Assembly (NCBI GenBank): GCA_964589775.1
Contig: CAZPUN010000013.1
Coordinates: 3,863-67,862 of the forward strand
From: an uncultured archaeon
GTDB taxonomy: Archaea; Asgardarchaeota; Thorarchaeia; Thorarchaeales; CAZPUN01
Direction of reading: 5' to 3'
Length of the DNA: 64,000 bases
The notes under the pieces are model-generated. The model was not told the origin of the DNA. It saw only the letters and a program-made list of their open reading frames with translations, and did not search any database. Made by a program: the position numbers and the translations under genes. Positions 1 through 10,569 of this stretch are shown here, piece by piece (the first letter of the stretch is position 1; each line of letters starts with the position of its first letter).

Positions 1-1035
1 ATTTTAAAAAAAGCCATTGAACGTGGCGCAAAACCAATCGCACCAATTAGAGCAAAACAATTTTTAGTTTCATTAACTAAAAATTTTAAGAATTTTAAAA
101 TATATACTGCAGGAAAAGATATGGGTGAAGATATTTGTAGAGACTTGAAAATTTCTTTTGAAACAATATATATACCCAATTCACCCACCACTTCAGATGA
201 TACCAAGAAATTTGTTCATCTTGCAAATAACCTTGTAGATATTATTGTATTCGTAGGAGGAGATGGCACCGCAAGAGATGTTATGAGTGAAGTCAAAGGA
301 AATACACCAGTCTTAGGAATCCCAAGTGGTGTAAAAGTAACTTCAGAATGTTTTGCAATTAATCCCGAGGCAGCATCAAAAATAATCATAGAATTTTCAA
401 AATCCAAAAAGACATTCGAGGCTGAAGTAATTGATGTTGATGAGGATGCTTATAGAAACGGAATTTTAAAAATAAAACTATATGGTTATGTAAAAGTACC
501 ATATATTCCTCAATATATACAATCAAGTAAGTCGCCATCACTTAATTCTGAAAATGAAAAAGAAAATCAAAAGGCTATTGCAAGATATATAATTGAGAAT
601 ATGAAAAAAGACACAATTTATTTTCTTGGTGCAGGAACAACCGTATCTGCGATAACTCAATTACTTTCATTAAATAAAACTATTTTAGGTGTTGATGCAT
701 TAAAAAATAAAAAAATTATAAAAATGGATCTTTCAGAATCTGAAATTTATGAAATGATTAATGAAGATTCAAAAATAATTATCAGCCCTATTGGAAAGCA
801 AGGATTTATTTTTGGCAGAGGAAACCATCAATTCTCAGCAAGAATTGTTAGAAAAATTGGATTCAAAAATATAATAATTATAGCAACTAAAAGAAAAGTC
901 GAATCAATAGGCAATAAGTTAAGAATTGACTTTTATGATGATGAATCATTAAATAATGAATTAAATGGAAAATACATACGGGTCTTAACTGATTATAATG
1001 AATCAAGAATGATGAAAATCGTATATGAAAAATAA
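1..1035 (+). CDS. ATP-NAD kinase-like protein (GGDGT motif); 5' end lies outside the window
   Basis: ORF 121-1035 stays open in frame back to nt 1. Motif VDIIVFVGGDGTARDV is typical of the NAD kinase / DAG-kinase catalytic fold (archaeal COG3199-like). Confidence 0.5.
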   Translation: MLKKAIERGAKPIAPIRAKQFLVSLTKNFKNFKIYTAGKDMGEDICRDLKISFETIYIPNSPTTSDDTKKFVHLANNLVDIIVFVGGDGTARDVMSEVKGNTPVLGIPSGVKVTSECFAINPEAASKIIIEFSKSKKTFEAEVIDVDEDAYRNGILKIKLYGYVKVPYIPQYIQSSKSPSLNSENEKENQKAIARYIIENMKKDTIYFLGAGTTVSAITQLLSLNKTILGVDALKNKKIIKMDLSESEIYEMINEDSKIIISPIGKQGFIFGRGNHQFSARIVRKIGFKNIIIIATKRKVESIGNKLRIDFYDDESLNNELNGKYIRVLTDYNESRMMKIVYEK

Positions 1036-1047
1036 AATGGAAGAAAA

Positions 1048-1437
1048 CTACTCTAGTTCTTCCAGATACTTTTTGTATTTTTCGGCATCCATTAATGATT
1101 TAATTTCATCAAGGTCTTTTGGTTTTACTTTAATAAACCAACCTTCACCATATGGATCTTCATTTACAAGCTCGGGCGAATCTTCAAGAGCTTCATTTAT
1201 TTCCACAACTTTTCCAGAAATAGGTGCAATTATTTCAGATGATGCTTTTATTGATTCAATGGCACCAATTTCATCACCTTTGTTGATCTCAGTATCAACA
1301 TCAGGCAATTCAACATAAGTAATTTCATGTAATGAGTGTTGGGCATAATCTGAAACACCAATAATTGCAAGATCACCTTCAATTTTTACCCATTCATGAG
1401 TATCTGCATAGTAATATCCATCCTTTACTTCAGTCAT
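1048..1437 (-). CDS. gcvH: glycine cleavage system H protein
   Basis: 129 aa with a lipoyl-domain signature (ITYVELPDV...EINKGDEIGAIESIKA). Lies immediately downstream of gcvT. Confidence 0.85.
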   Translation of the reverse strand: MTEVKDGYYYADTHEWVKIEGDLAIIGVSDYAQHSLHEITYVELPDVDTEINKGDEIGAIESIKASSEIIAPISGKVVEINEALEDSPELVNEDPYGEGWFIKVKPKDLDEIKSLMDAEKYKKYLEELE

Positions 1438-1492
1438 GATTTACCATCTCCGATATCAAATTGCATATTTTTTCATATTTTAGTCTATCGAA

Positions 1493-2632
1493 CTACTCAT
1501 TTCTTTTATATCCATATTTATCTTCTGGATAAAAGGGCCACATAACAATTTCAGCCTTTTTCCACTTATTATGTATTTTTATTTCTACTTCCGTACCGAT
1601 CTCGCTATATTCTTTTGGTAAATAACCCATGGCAATTCCAGTCTTTAAAATTGGGGAAATATTACCACTTGTAGTCATTCCAAGTTCTTTACCATTTATT
1701 GCTATAGGATAATGCTCTCGAGGTATTCCGCGCTCTTTTAATACTAATCCCACGCGTACTTGTTTAACACCTTCTTTCTTTTGCTTTAACAAAGCTTCTT
1801 TACCAATATAATCAGGTTTCTTAAATTTAACTGCATATCTAATTCGTGCTTCAAGTGGGGTTATATTTTCCTCAATTTCATGGCCATACAAAACCAAACC
1901 TGCTTCTAGACGAAGCGTGTCGCGGGCGCCAAGACCACATGGTAAAACTCCTTTAGGCTTTCCAACATCCAAGATCTTTTCCCAAAGCTTAGTAACTTTA
2001 CTAATGCCTTCGGTTGTTTTAGGCGCATCCAAAATAAAAATTTCAAAACCATCTTCACCGGTGTATCCAGTTCGTGAAACATAACATGAATAACCAGCCA
2101 ATTTACGATTTTCAATATTAAAGCGCTTTATAGAACTAACAGGAGTATCTGAAATTTTATCTAATACGGATGCAGCTTCTGGACCTTGAAATGCAAACAT
2201 TGCGATGGTTTCAGACATGTCTACAAGATTTACATTGAATTTATTCTTGTGTTCATTAAGCCATGCCCATATTTTATCTTTATTACTAGCATTACATACC
2301 AAAAGGAATAGCTCTTCATTAACACGATATAACATAATATCGTCTCTAATACCGCCATGTTCATTAAGAATTGTTGAATAATGTACGTCATGCGGATTTA
2401 GTTTTTCTACATTATTACTAGTTATGTATTGTAGAAAGTTAATAGCATCCTTTCCGGAAATATAAAAACGACCCATATGAGAGGTGTCAAAAAGTCCAGC
2501 ATGTTCCCTAACAGCCATATGTTCCTCAATTGATTTAGAATACCAAACAGGCATAAGCCATCCTGCAAAAGGTATGATATTACCATGGGCTTTATGCCAT
2601 TCATATAAGTGAGTCTTTTGCTCTTGTGCCAT
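1493..2632 (-). CDS. gcvT: glycine cleavage system T protein (aminomethyltransferase)
   Basis: 379 aa. N-terminus THLYEWHKAHGNIIPFAGWLMPVWY and GcvT-length architecture. Confidence 0.9.
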   Translation of the reverse strand: MAQEQKTHLYEWHKAHGNIIPFAGWLMPVWYSKSIEEHMAVREHAGLFDTSHMGRFYISGKDAINFLQYITSNNVEKLNPHDVHYSTILNEHGGIRDDIMLYRVNEELFLLVCNASNKDKIWAWLNEHKNKFNVNLVDMSETIAMFAFQGPEAASVLDKISDTPVSSIKRFNIENRKLAGYSCYVSRTGYTGEDGFEIFILDAPKTTEGISKVTKLWEKILDVGKPKGVLPCGLGARDTLRLEAGLVLYGHEIEENITPLEARIRYAVKFKKPDYIGKEALLKQKKEGVKQVRVGLVLKERGIPREHYPIAINGKELGMTTSGNISPILKTGIAMGYLPKEYSEIGTEVEIKIHNKWKKAEIVMWPFYPEDKYGYKRNE

Positions 2633-2714
2633 AGATTAGCCTCCATTTTTAAAAGTAAAACATAAATCATACATGAAAATGATGGATAATTATTAGATAT
2701 AAAGATGATGCATT

Positions 2715-3917
2715 ATGATTTACGGAAAAATAGGTAGATATGAAATAAAAGATAATAATCAACCATTAATAATGACTGTAATTAATATTTCTCCAGAATC
2801 ATTTTTCAAAGGTTCGATCAAAAATACAGATAATCTATCCGAAAACATTCACAAAGCGATCAATGAAGGCGCTGATATTATTGACATAGGTGCTGCATCA
2901 ACTGCACCCCCGGAATATGGAACGCCACCAATTACAAGGGAAGAGGAATTAAGACGCATTAAGAATGCTTTGCAAGAAATCTTAGAAATAAATACCGAAT
3001 TCTCAATAGATACAATGCACTCAGAAGTAGCAGAATATGCTCTAAAAAAAGGAGTTAGAATAATTAATGATGTTAGCGGTTTAAAAAACGATACCAACAT
3101 GGCAAAAGTAATTGCAGACTATGATGCATATATAATAATAATGGCGTGCAAAAATGCACCAGGGGATGTTGGAAAAATTTACGAAATAAAAACAGAATTA
3201 AGAAAAAGCATAGATATTGCAATTAAAGCTGGAATCGATCCCGAGAAAATAATAATAGATCCAGGAATTGGATTTGGAAAACCTTACGAACAAGATCTTG
3301 AGATTATTCAAAAATTACAACAGTTTAGAACCATAAATAAACCAATTTTAGTAGGTGTTTCTAGAAAGTCATTTATAGGAAAAGTTTTAGAAAACGTACC
3401 ACCTGAAAAACGATTATTTGGAAGCTTGTCGGCTACAGCAATTGCTGTTTATAATGGTGCGCACATTATAAGAACACACGATACAAAGGAAACGTATGAT
3501 GTAGTTAGAATTGCATACTCAATAAAACCAAAAATACAGTATATGGAGGATATTGAGTTACTTACATGGTTACATGAGCCAGCAGACGCCGAAGAAGTCA
3601 TGATAGATATTGGTGTTCAGCCAGAAGGCGCAAAAATAATGAAAAACAAAATGAGAGTCTTACCAATTCTATTAAGGAATGTTCAAACACCAGCTGCAAC
3701 AATAATTAAAGAAGAAATGCTGGCTCTCGGAGGAGATGCAGCAACACATTCGGGAACTGTTGACTGTTTCGTAAAAACAGCGGACATCCTAATTTTAGGA
3801 ACAGATATTCACATTAAAAGATTAATTAAAAAATTGTCAAAAATGCCTTATTTCAATTTGGACAGAATAAGTACAAAATTAAGAACATTGATCAAACAGG
3901 TCGAAAACTATGAATAA
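2715..3917 (+). CDS. folP: dihydropteroate synthase-like pterin-binding protein with a C-terminal extension of about 130 aa
   Basis: Pterin-binding motifs GADIIDIGAASTAP, RIINDVSGL and DPGIGFGK. C-terminal domain of unknown function, as in archaeal DHPS-like proteins. Confidence 0.7.
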   Translation: MIYGKIGRYEIKDNNQPLIMTVINISPESFFKGSIKNTDNLSENIHKAINEGADIIDIGAASTAPPEYGTPPITREEELRRIKNALQEILEINTEFSIDTMHSEVAEYALKKGVRIINDVSGLKNDTNMAKVIADYDAYIIIMACKNAPGDVGKIYEIKTELRKSIDIAIKAGIDPEKIIIDPGIGFGKPYEQDLEIIQKLQQFRTINKPILVGVSRKSFIGKVLENVPPEKRLFGSLSATAIAVYNGAHIIRTHDTKETYDVVRIAYSIKPKIQYMEDIELLTWLHEPADAEEVMIDIGVQPEGAKIMKNKMRVLPILLRNVQTPAATIIKEEMLALGGDAATHSGTVDCFVKTADILILGTDIHIKRLIKKLSKMPYFNLDRISTKLRTLIKQVENYE

Positions 3918-4596
3918 AAATGAAAAAATAAAATGGGCTAAAGAATATGAAAAAATAAAACACGACATAAATATTTCTGCACATCAAGATCTAAAATCCA
4001 CAATTATTTTTTCAATAATGATAAATAGAAAATATAATAAAATACATTTTGACAACGAGATACGAGATAAAATCGTATACATTATAGGAACTGGCGCGAC
4101 CTTAGAAAATGATATTAAAAGCTTGAATAAAACTGATGACATATACATAATAGCAGCTGATGGAGCAATTGGTGCGTTATTACGCGAAAACATAATACCA
4201 AATTTGTGTATATCAGATTTAGATAGTCGCGAAAACGATTTACTTATTGCAAACGAACTTGGGATACCTATATTAATAAATAGTCATGGCGATAATGTGG
4301 ACAAAATATACAGAATTTTTCCAAAATTAACTAGAATTACAATAGCAACTTCACAAATTGAAGAAATTGAAAATGTTTCACTAAATTTTGGCTTTACAGA
4401 TGGAGATAGAGCTTTTTACTTTGCGAAAGCATACAAAGCACGTAATATCAAGCTATTGGGTATGAATTTTGATAATAAAATTAGCAAATTTTCAAAACCA
4501 ATGTTCAAAGAAAACAAAATTGCAAGTCAGCGAAAAATGAAGAAAATATCAATTGCAAAAAGATTAATTAAAAATCATGAATTCGCAAAAGTCTAA
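3910..4596 (+). CDS. 6-hydroxymethyl-7,8-dihydropterin pyrophosphokinase-like protein (MptE/DUF115 family), putative
   Basis: 4-nt overlap (ATGA) with the DHPS-like gene. Rossmann-like IVYIIGTGATL...IIAADGA motifs and about 230 aa length fit DUF115/MptE. Assignment rests mainly on operon context. Confidence 0.45.
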   Translation: MNKNEKIKWAKEYEKIKHDINISAHQDLKSTIIFSIMINRKYNKIHFDNEIRDKIVYIIGTGATLENDIKSLNKTDDIYIIAADGAIGALLRENIIPNLCISDLDSRENDLLIANELGIPILINSHGDNVDKIYRIFPKLTRITIATSQIEEIENVSLNFGFTDGDRAFYFAKAYKARNIKLLGMNFDNKISKFSKPMFKENKIASQRKMKKISIAKRLIKNHEFAKV

Positions 4597-4637
4597 AAAT
4601 ATTTGAGGGCATCATTTCTAATTTAGATGCCCAAACA

Positions 4638-5183
4638 TTACGAAGGAACTGTTGTCTTTACTATCATGAAGTATTGCAATATAAGATATGAAATACCAGC
4701 TAGTAATAGACCAAGAAGCATAATTCTAGTTGCAAATGCAGGTTGATATGTATATCGTGTAGCACGGTATAATAATCCAAAACCAAGAATACCAATTAAT
4801 AATATACCAGATGCTACGAAACCTTCTATCTTAAACTGGGAATCTAAACCATAGGCTAAGAGAGCCGGTTTATTTAAATATTGCCCTATGGCGATAGGAT
4901 CTCTTACAAGAGTATATACTCCGCCACCAAGAACAAATAGTACAAATACCATTATAATTCCAAAGATTAATGTATCGGAAGGCCTACTGGGCATTTTTAG
5001 TGTAGGTCTTGAAAGATTTAATTTCGGTTTTACTAGAAACGGGGGCCACGATGCATTCATCACTGATACCTCACTCATGTTGATATACCAATGTTTTAAA
5101 AATATTTTGCCTATTGCTATATAAAAAGCTCTGTAGATGTAAAATGAAAATTTTGGTAATATCTGAAAAACCAAGCGCTGCAA
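4638..5183 (-). CDS. integral membrane protein, unknown function
   Basis: Four to five hydrophobic helices. The start may be an internal Met. Confidence 0.4.
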   Translation of the reverse strand: MQRLVFQILPKFSFYIYRAFYIAIGKIFLKHWYINMSEVSVMNASWPPFLVKPKLNLSRPTLKMPSRPSDTLIFGIIMVFVLFVLGGGVYTLVRDPIAIGQYLNKPALLAYGLDSQFKIEGFVASGILLIGILGFGLLYRATRYTYQPAFATRIMLLGLLLAGISYLILQYFMIVKTTVPS

Positions 5184-7210
5184 AAAAAATTGCTATTGCA
5201 TTAGATGAAAATAATAAGCCCATCCAAAATTCGAAATATGGAATTCAATATTTTGAATGCAAGCAAGGTTCAGACATAATTTATGTAATCCCGTCCATTG
5301 GACACTTGTATACTATAAAACAAGAAGGCAAAGGCTGGACCTATCCAATCGTTAATTGGAAATGGGTACCACTTTATGAAGCTGATAAAAAGTCAAAACG
5401 AGTCTATAATTTTATAAAATTATTCAACACGATATCTAAGGAAATAGATCAATATATTGTAGCTACTGATTTCGATATTGAGGGGAGTGTAATTGGCTAC
5501 AATATTTTAAAATATGCATGTGATCAAAATGCAATCAACAATGCACGTAGAATGAAATTTTCTACATTAACTAAAGAGGACCTTCGTGAATCTTATAATA
5601 ATTTAATGGAGAGCTTAGATTTTGAAATAATTAATGCGGGAATAACAAGACATCAGATTGATTGGCTGTATGGTATTAATCTAACAAGAGCACTAACGCT
5701 AGCTTTGAAAAATACAACAAATCAATTTAAGATTTTGAGTACAGGTCGAGTTCAGGGTCCTACACTAAAATTCATTGTGGATAAGGAAATAGAAATTATG
5801 ACACATATTCCAACACCATATTGGGAAGCAAAGCTACTAATCGATATTAATGGAAAAGAATTTTATGCAAATTACAAAAAACGAATAGAAACAATAAAAG
5901 ATGCAAATAGTATATTAAGTATTAAAAGTACAAAAGCAAAAGTATCTTCAATAAAGAAGGCAGATATTATAATAGAACCACCAATTCCATTTAATTTAAG
6001 TGGTCTTCAATCTGAGGCATATAGATTATTTTCATATTCACCAAAAAGAACCCTACAGATTGCTCAAAAGTTATATTTAGATGCTTTAATCTCATATCCA
6101 CGTACAAATAGTCAACAATTTCCACCATCTATAAAAATTAAAGAGATATTAAGGAAATTAGAATCATTTGGAGCGTACAAATCATTAGTAGAAATGTTAA
6201 AAGACAAAACATTGACACCAACACAAGGTAAAAAGATGGATCCAGCACATCCACCAATACACCCGACAGGAGAAAAACCAACTAGAGCATTATCTCAACA
6301 AGAAGCAAGAATTTTTGAACTCATAATTAGAAGATTTTTAGCAATACTTGGGGAAAATGCAATAAAAACAATAATTACAACAACGTTTAATGTCGAGGGA
6401 TATGAATTTATTTTAAAAGGAACTACTATTAAAAGAGAAGGATGGAGAGTTTTTTATAAACCATATATACGTGAAAAAGATGTCAAAATTCCAATTTTCT
6501 ACGAAGACCAAATAATTCCTATAAAAGATATAAAAGTAGATGAAAAATATACAAAGCCGCCCTCTCGATATACATATGGTTCATTATTAAAAAAATTAGA
6601 ACAAGAAAATTTAGGAACAAAAGCTACTCGCGCGGATATTATTGAAAACATTCACAAACGAGGCTATGCTACCAAGAAAAACTTTGAGCCAACTCACCTA
6701 GGCAAAGTTGTTATAAATACATTGGATATATACGCTCCAGAAATAATTTCTCCAGACATGACAAGAAACCTGGAACTAAAAATGAATGCAATACAAGAGA
6801 AAGAGTTAGACATGAATACAGTCATGAATGAAGCAATAGCAAACCTTCTAGAAATTTTGAATAAATTCAAGGAAAAAGAGAAAGAAATTGGAATGACATT
6901 ATCCGAGGGTCTTAATACATATTATGAAACGCAAAGAACATTAGGAAAGTGTCCGGTATGTAAAACCGGTAATTTGGTTATCATAGTTTCAAAAAAGACT
7001 GGAAAAAGATTTGTTGGATGTACGAACTATTTTACAGGAACATGTAATATTAGCAGACCATTACCTCAAAAAGGGAAAATAATCCCGACAAATGAAAAAT
7101 GTCCAAAATGCGGTTTCCCAATAGTACAGATCATTATTGGAAAGAAACCAAGAAAAATGTGTGTAAATTGGATAAATTGTAATACTGAGGAAAACAAGAA
7201 TGACAAATAG
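5144..7210 (+). CDS. topA: DNA topoisomerase type IA (Topo I/III) with C-terminal zinc ribbons
   Basis: Toprim N-terminus MKILVISEKPSAAKKIAIAL, DFDIEGS, catalytic-core length. C-terminal Cys4 ribbons CPVCKTG...CTNYFTGTC and CPKCGF...CVNWINC. Confidence 0.85.
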   Translation: MKILVISEKPSAAKKIAIALDENNKPIQNSKYGIQYFECKQGSDIIYVIPSIGHLYTIKQEGKGWTYPIVNWKWVPLYEADKKSKRVYNFIKLFNTISKEIDQYIVATDFDIEGSVIGYNILKYACDQNAINNARRMKFSTLTKEDLRESYNNLMESLDFEIINAGITRHQIDWLYGINLTRALTLALKNTTNQFKILSTGRVQGPTLKFIVDKEIEIMTHIPTPYWEAKLLIDINGKEFYANYKKRIETIKDANSILSIKSTKAKVSSIKKADIIIEPPIPFNLSGLQSEAYRLFSYSPKRTLQIAQKLYLDALISYPRTNSQQFPPSIKIKEILRKLESFGAYKSLVEMLKDKTLTPTQGKKMDPAHPPIHPTGEKPTRALSQQEARIFELIIRRFLAILGENAIKTIITTTFNVEGYEFILKGTTIKREGWRVFYKPYIREKDVKIPIFYEDQIIPIKDIKVDEKYTKPPSRYTYGSLLKKLEQENLGTKATRADIIENIHKRGYATKKNFEPTHLGKVVINTLDIYAPEIISPDMTRNLELKMNAIQEKELDMNTVMNEAIANLLEILNKFKEKEKEIGMTLSEGLNTYYETQRTLGKCPVCKTGNLVIIVSKKTGKRFVGCTNYFTGTCNISRPLPQKGKIIPTNEKCPKCGFPIVQIIIGKKPRKMCVNWINCNTEENKNDK

Positions 7211-7415
7211 ATGCAAAATATGTAATATGCTTGCTGATGGTGAATTTTGTGAGCTGCACAAAAAAGCATACGAAAAATTGCATAGAGAATACGACAGATG
7301 GAATAAAGCACTTCAAATATCCTGGGAGGAGTACCTTGAAAAATTAAAGGAAAATGAATATACTGGAGTTGCCATAAAGGAAATAATAGATTATTTACTA
7401 GATCACTCTTCATAA
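7200..7415 (+). CDS. small zinc-finger protein, unknown function
   Basis: 71 aa with CKICN-x7-CELH. Overlaps the topA stop. Confidence 0.3.
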   Translation: MTNRCKICNMLADGEFCELHKKAYEKLHREYDRWNKALQISWEEYLEKLKENEYTGVAIKEIIDYLLDHSS

Positions 7416-7711
7416 TCTGATTCTTTAATTTTACTTATAATTTTACGGGCCAATGATTCAGAGGGCGAAGATAAGTTTCCGATTAATAATATGGATTCAT
7501 TAAGAATCAATGAAATTTGCTCAGCTATTATTTTACTAATAAAGTTTTGAGAGAATTCAGGGAAAAATTGTATCGATTTAGATGAATTTTGATCTCGAGA
7601 AGGAATCGCCAATACTATATCTTTTAATTTATATGATTCTTCATCAGATATTAAAAAAATAGATGCGTTAGATAACCTAATTCTTTTAATATTAACAGTC
7701 ATGATAATCAC
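7403..7711 (-). CDS. hypothetical protein
   Basis: 102-aa ORF that is not low-complexity. No recognisable motif. Confidence 0.3.
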   Translation of the reverse strand: MIIMTVNIKRIRLSNASIFLISDEESYKLKDIVLAIPSRDQNSSKSIQFFPEFSQNFISKIIAEQISLILNESILLIGNLSSPSESLARKIISKIKESDYEE

Positions 7712-7760
7712 ACCAAATATATATCATTCATATTTACATATCTTTTTATTTAATAAAAAT

Positions 7761-9692
7761 ATGAAACTTATTGTGGTTCATTTGATAAATGAGAAGATTT
7801 TAGAATACTTTCCATATGAAACGCCTAGAAAAGGTCAAGCACAGTTGATTTATGAAATACAGACCGCTGTAGAGAAAAAAGAACATATCATTGTTAGTGC
7901 GCCAAATGGATTTGGAAAAACAATAACTGTGCTTTCTGCAGTCTTGCCATATGCAAAAACATTTGGTAAAAAAATACTATATTGTGCAAGAACACACAAA
8001 CAGTTAGATAGAGTAATCTCTGAAATACAGAAGATTTCACAATACAAAAAAGTTAACGGAATTTCACTACGCGGAAGAGTACATATGTGTATTAATCCAA
8101 CGGTCATAGAAAATACAACAAGTGCTCGAGCAGCTAGTGAAGTATGTCATCACTTGAAGAAAAGAAAATTATGTCCATATTATACGAATTTAATAGATAA
8201 TTTAGATAAAATTATGACACGATTTAACAATGTTTCAATATCTGGAGAGTTTATGATTGATTTGGGAAAAAGTGAAGAATTTTGTCCCTATGAGCTAAGC
8301 AGATTATTGTTCTCAGACATGGACGTAATAGCACTAAATTATTTATATTTGATAGATCCGGAAATACGAGAAACATTATTGGCAGATATTGGGATTACAC
8401 TAAGTGATGTTATACTTATTTTCGATGAGGCTCATAATGTTCCACATCAAGCGACAGAATCACAAAGCGATAGATTAGGCTTATTTACAATAAAAATGGC
8501 ACTAAAAGAATCAGTAGAATATAAGAGCAGGATCATAAGAGAATTCATCAAAAATTTCGGAACTCTAATGACAAACTTGTCCAAAAATATAAAATCAGAA
8601 CAAGAAAAAATTAATCCGAATGACGTTCTTGAAAAAATCTTTAAATCATCAGATATTACTTTAATACACGATGGAATTTCACAATTAGTCAATTTAGGCC
8701 AAAAAATCCGACAAAATATGATTAAAAACGGTCAATTTCCAAGATCATTTATTGGACGAATTGGAGAATTTTTAGAACATTGGAACAAAAATATTGGAAG
8801 AAAAGACTTTGCATATTTTATTACACAAAACAAAGAACATGAATCAATTTATCTTGAAATAATATCATTAGATCCACGTACAACAACAAAGGAACTTATC
8901 AATTCAGTTCATTCAACGATTAGTCTCTCAGGTACTATAGAACCAAACATATATCAGAAGCTAATTGGATTGCCACAAAATACCAAGAAGGTGGTTGCGG
9001 AATCACCATTTAATAAAAACAATGTACTTGCAATAATTACAAAGGGAATTAGTACAGCATTAAATAATAGAACAGAAACCCATTTTGAAAAAATATTAAA
9101 ACGCATTAAAGAAGTTGTATTGGCAACCCCAGGAAATATTGGAATATTTACTGCTTCATATCAAATTTTAGATTCTATAAAAAATAATCTCGAAAAGGAA
9201 ATATCAAAACCAATTTTTATTGAACAAAGAGGAACACAATCACAAATAAATGATACAATGATAAGAGAGTTTAAGAAACAATCAACAAAAGGTGGAGCTG
9301 TATTATTGGGAGTCCAAGGGGGAAGGAACTCGGAAGGCGAAGATTTTCCAGGATATGAAATGAATTCTGTAATTGTGCTAGGCGTTCCTTATGCAAAACC
9401 AACCCCAATTGTAAAAGCAAAAATAGAATATTATGATGAAATCTTCCAAGGAAGAGGGAGGGAGTTTGGTTATATTGCGCCAGCTATTGAACGCGCAACA
9501 CAGGCGGCAGGAAGACCAATTAGAAAAATAAACGATAAGGGTGTAATTGTCCTTATGGATGAGCGCTTTAAATATAAATATATCCAAAAATACATTCCTG
9601 AATGGATACGATGCCTAATTGAATATGCACCTGATGAGAATAATTATTTATTTGCTAAAATTCGAAAATTCTTTAGAAGTCATAACATGTAG
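7761..9692 (+). CDS. xpd: XPD/Rad3-family 5'-3' DNA helicase with Fe-S domain
   Basis: FPYETPRKGQAQL, Walker A SAPNGFGKT, a four-Cys Fe-S cluster (CINP..CHHL..CPYY..CPYE) and DEAH-like FDEAHN. Confidence 0.85.
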   Translation: MKLIVVHLINEKILEYFPYETPRKGQAQLIYEIQTAVEKKEHIIVSAPNGFGKTITVLSAVLPYAKTFGKKILYCARTHKQLDRVISEIQKISQYKKVNGISLRGRVHMCINPTVIENTTSARAASEVCHHLKKRKLCPYYTNLIDNLDKIMTRFNNVSISGEFMIDLGKSEEFCPYELSRLLFSDMDVIALNYLYLIDPEIRETLLADIGITLSDVILIFDEAHNVPHQATESQSDRLGLFTIKMALKESVEYKSRIIREFIKNFGTLMTNLSKNIKSEQEKINPNDVLEKIFKSSDITLIHDGISQLVNLGQKIRQNMIKNGQFPRSFIGRIGEFLEHWNKNIGRKDFAYFITQNKEHESIYLEIISLDPRTTTKELINSVHSTISLSGTIEPNIYQKLIGLPQNTKKVVAESPFNKNNVLAIITKGISTALNNRTETHFEKILKRIKEVVLATPGNIGIFTASYQILDSIKNNLEKEISKPIFIEQRGTQSQINDTMIREFKKQSTKGGAVLLGVQGGRNSEGEDFPGYEMNSVIVLGVPYAKPTPIVKAKIEYYDEIFQGRGREFGYIAPAIERATQAAGRPIRKINDKGVIVLMDERFKYKYIQKYIPEWIRCLIEYAPDENNYLFAKIRKFFRSHNM

Positions 9693-10513
9693 TTTTTCTT
9701 TTTCTTCATTTGTTCGATTGCTTCATAAATACTAATTTCATCAAGTGCAACTTGCCTTGCTAATTTTAGAGATATTGTAATATTTCCGGAAATAATACGA
9801 CTGAAATTCTGTATTTCACGCAAATCGGTTTTCCTAAAATTCAAAATAAAATCAGATTTAGAAATAGGTCTTCCATTTCTTTGCGCTATTAATGAAGCGG
9901 CGTAAATATGTTTTATCTTTGATGGAAAATTGTGATTGTGTGGTGTTGTTTTGTTCTCTTGTACAATACGTACACGATCTATCAGTCCGTTTCGTTGGAG
10001 TGAATATAGAATTCGACTTTTATATACCTGCCCTCCAGCACCAACATTAATTATGCAATTTATATGGGTTGATATGAGATATAGATTTTTCATAATATTC
10101 TTAATTACATTTATTCCTTCAAAGGTTCCTTTTACAATTTTACCAATTATTGGAATACCATTGACACATAAGGCAATACCAATTGTTCGACCAGGATCTA
10201 CACCAATTACACACGTTTTAATAGTAGAAATTTTATGTAAACTCATTACAATTTTCATTAAAAATATAAAATCATTGTTAAGATCTAGAAATATTATTTT
10301 ACTTTTTAGAAAGTCAAAACTATTATCAAGCGATTTTTTTGTAGAAATTACAAGATCATCATACGGACGAATATCCGAAGCATTATCTATAATTTGAAAA
10401 TTAATAGGTAATGTGGCAAGTAGTTCATTAACTAAATAAATTTCAACAGGTTCGTTTACAATGATCGAAATGTAATAAGTTCGTTCAAGAAATGGATAGT
10501 ATAAATTCATCAT
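9680..10513 (-). CDS. RNase H-fold (RuvC/DUF460-like) nuclease, putative
   Basis: CVIGVDPGRTIGIALCVNG resembles the first catalytic motif of RuvC/YqgF-like resolvases. Assignment is weak. Confidence 0.3.
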   Translation of the reverse strand: MMNLYYPFLERTYYISIIVNEPVEIYLVNELLATLPINFQIIDNASDIRPYDDLVISTKKSLDNSFDFLKSKIIFLDLNNDFIFLMKIVMSLHKISTIKTCVIGVDPGRTIGIALCVNGIPIIGKIVKGTFEGINVIKNIMKNLYLISTHINCIINVGAGGQVYKSRILYSLQRNGLIDRVRIVQENKTTPHNHNFPSKIKHIYAASLIAQRNGRPISKSDFILNFRKTDLREIQNFSRIISGNITISLKLARQVALDEISIYEAIEQMKKKKNYML

Positions 10514-10569
10514 TTCATTTTAAAGTCTGAAAAATATAATTATAAATCTTTACAAAATAATAACCATGT

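Noticed and set aside
1025-1318. 97-aa plus-strand ORF
   Set aside because: It is a shadow ORF antisense to gcvH. The same applies to 216-407, 1906-2115, 9936-10397, 13324-13647, 15277-15609, 25515-25802, 33494-33676, 49498-50343 and 57302-57805, all of which lie antisense to well-supported genes.
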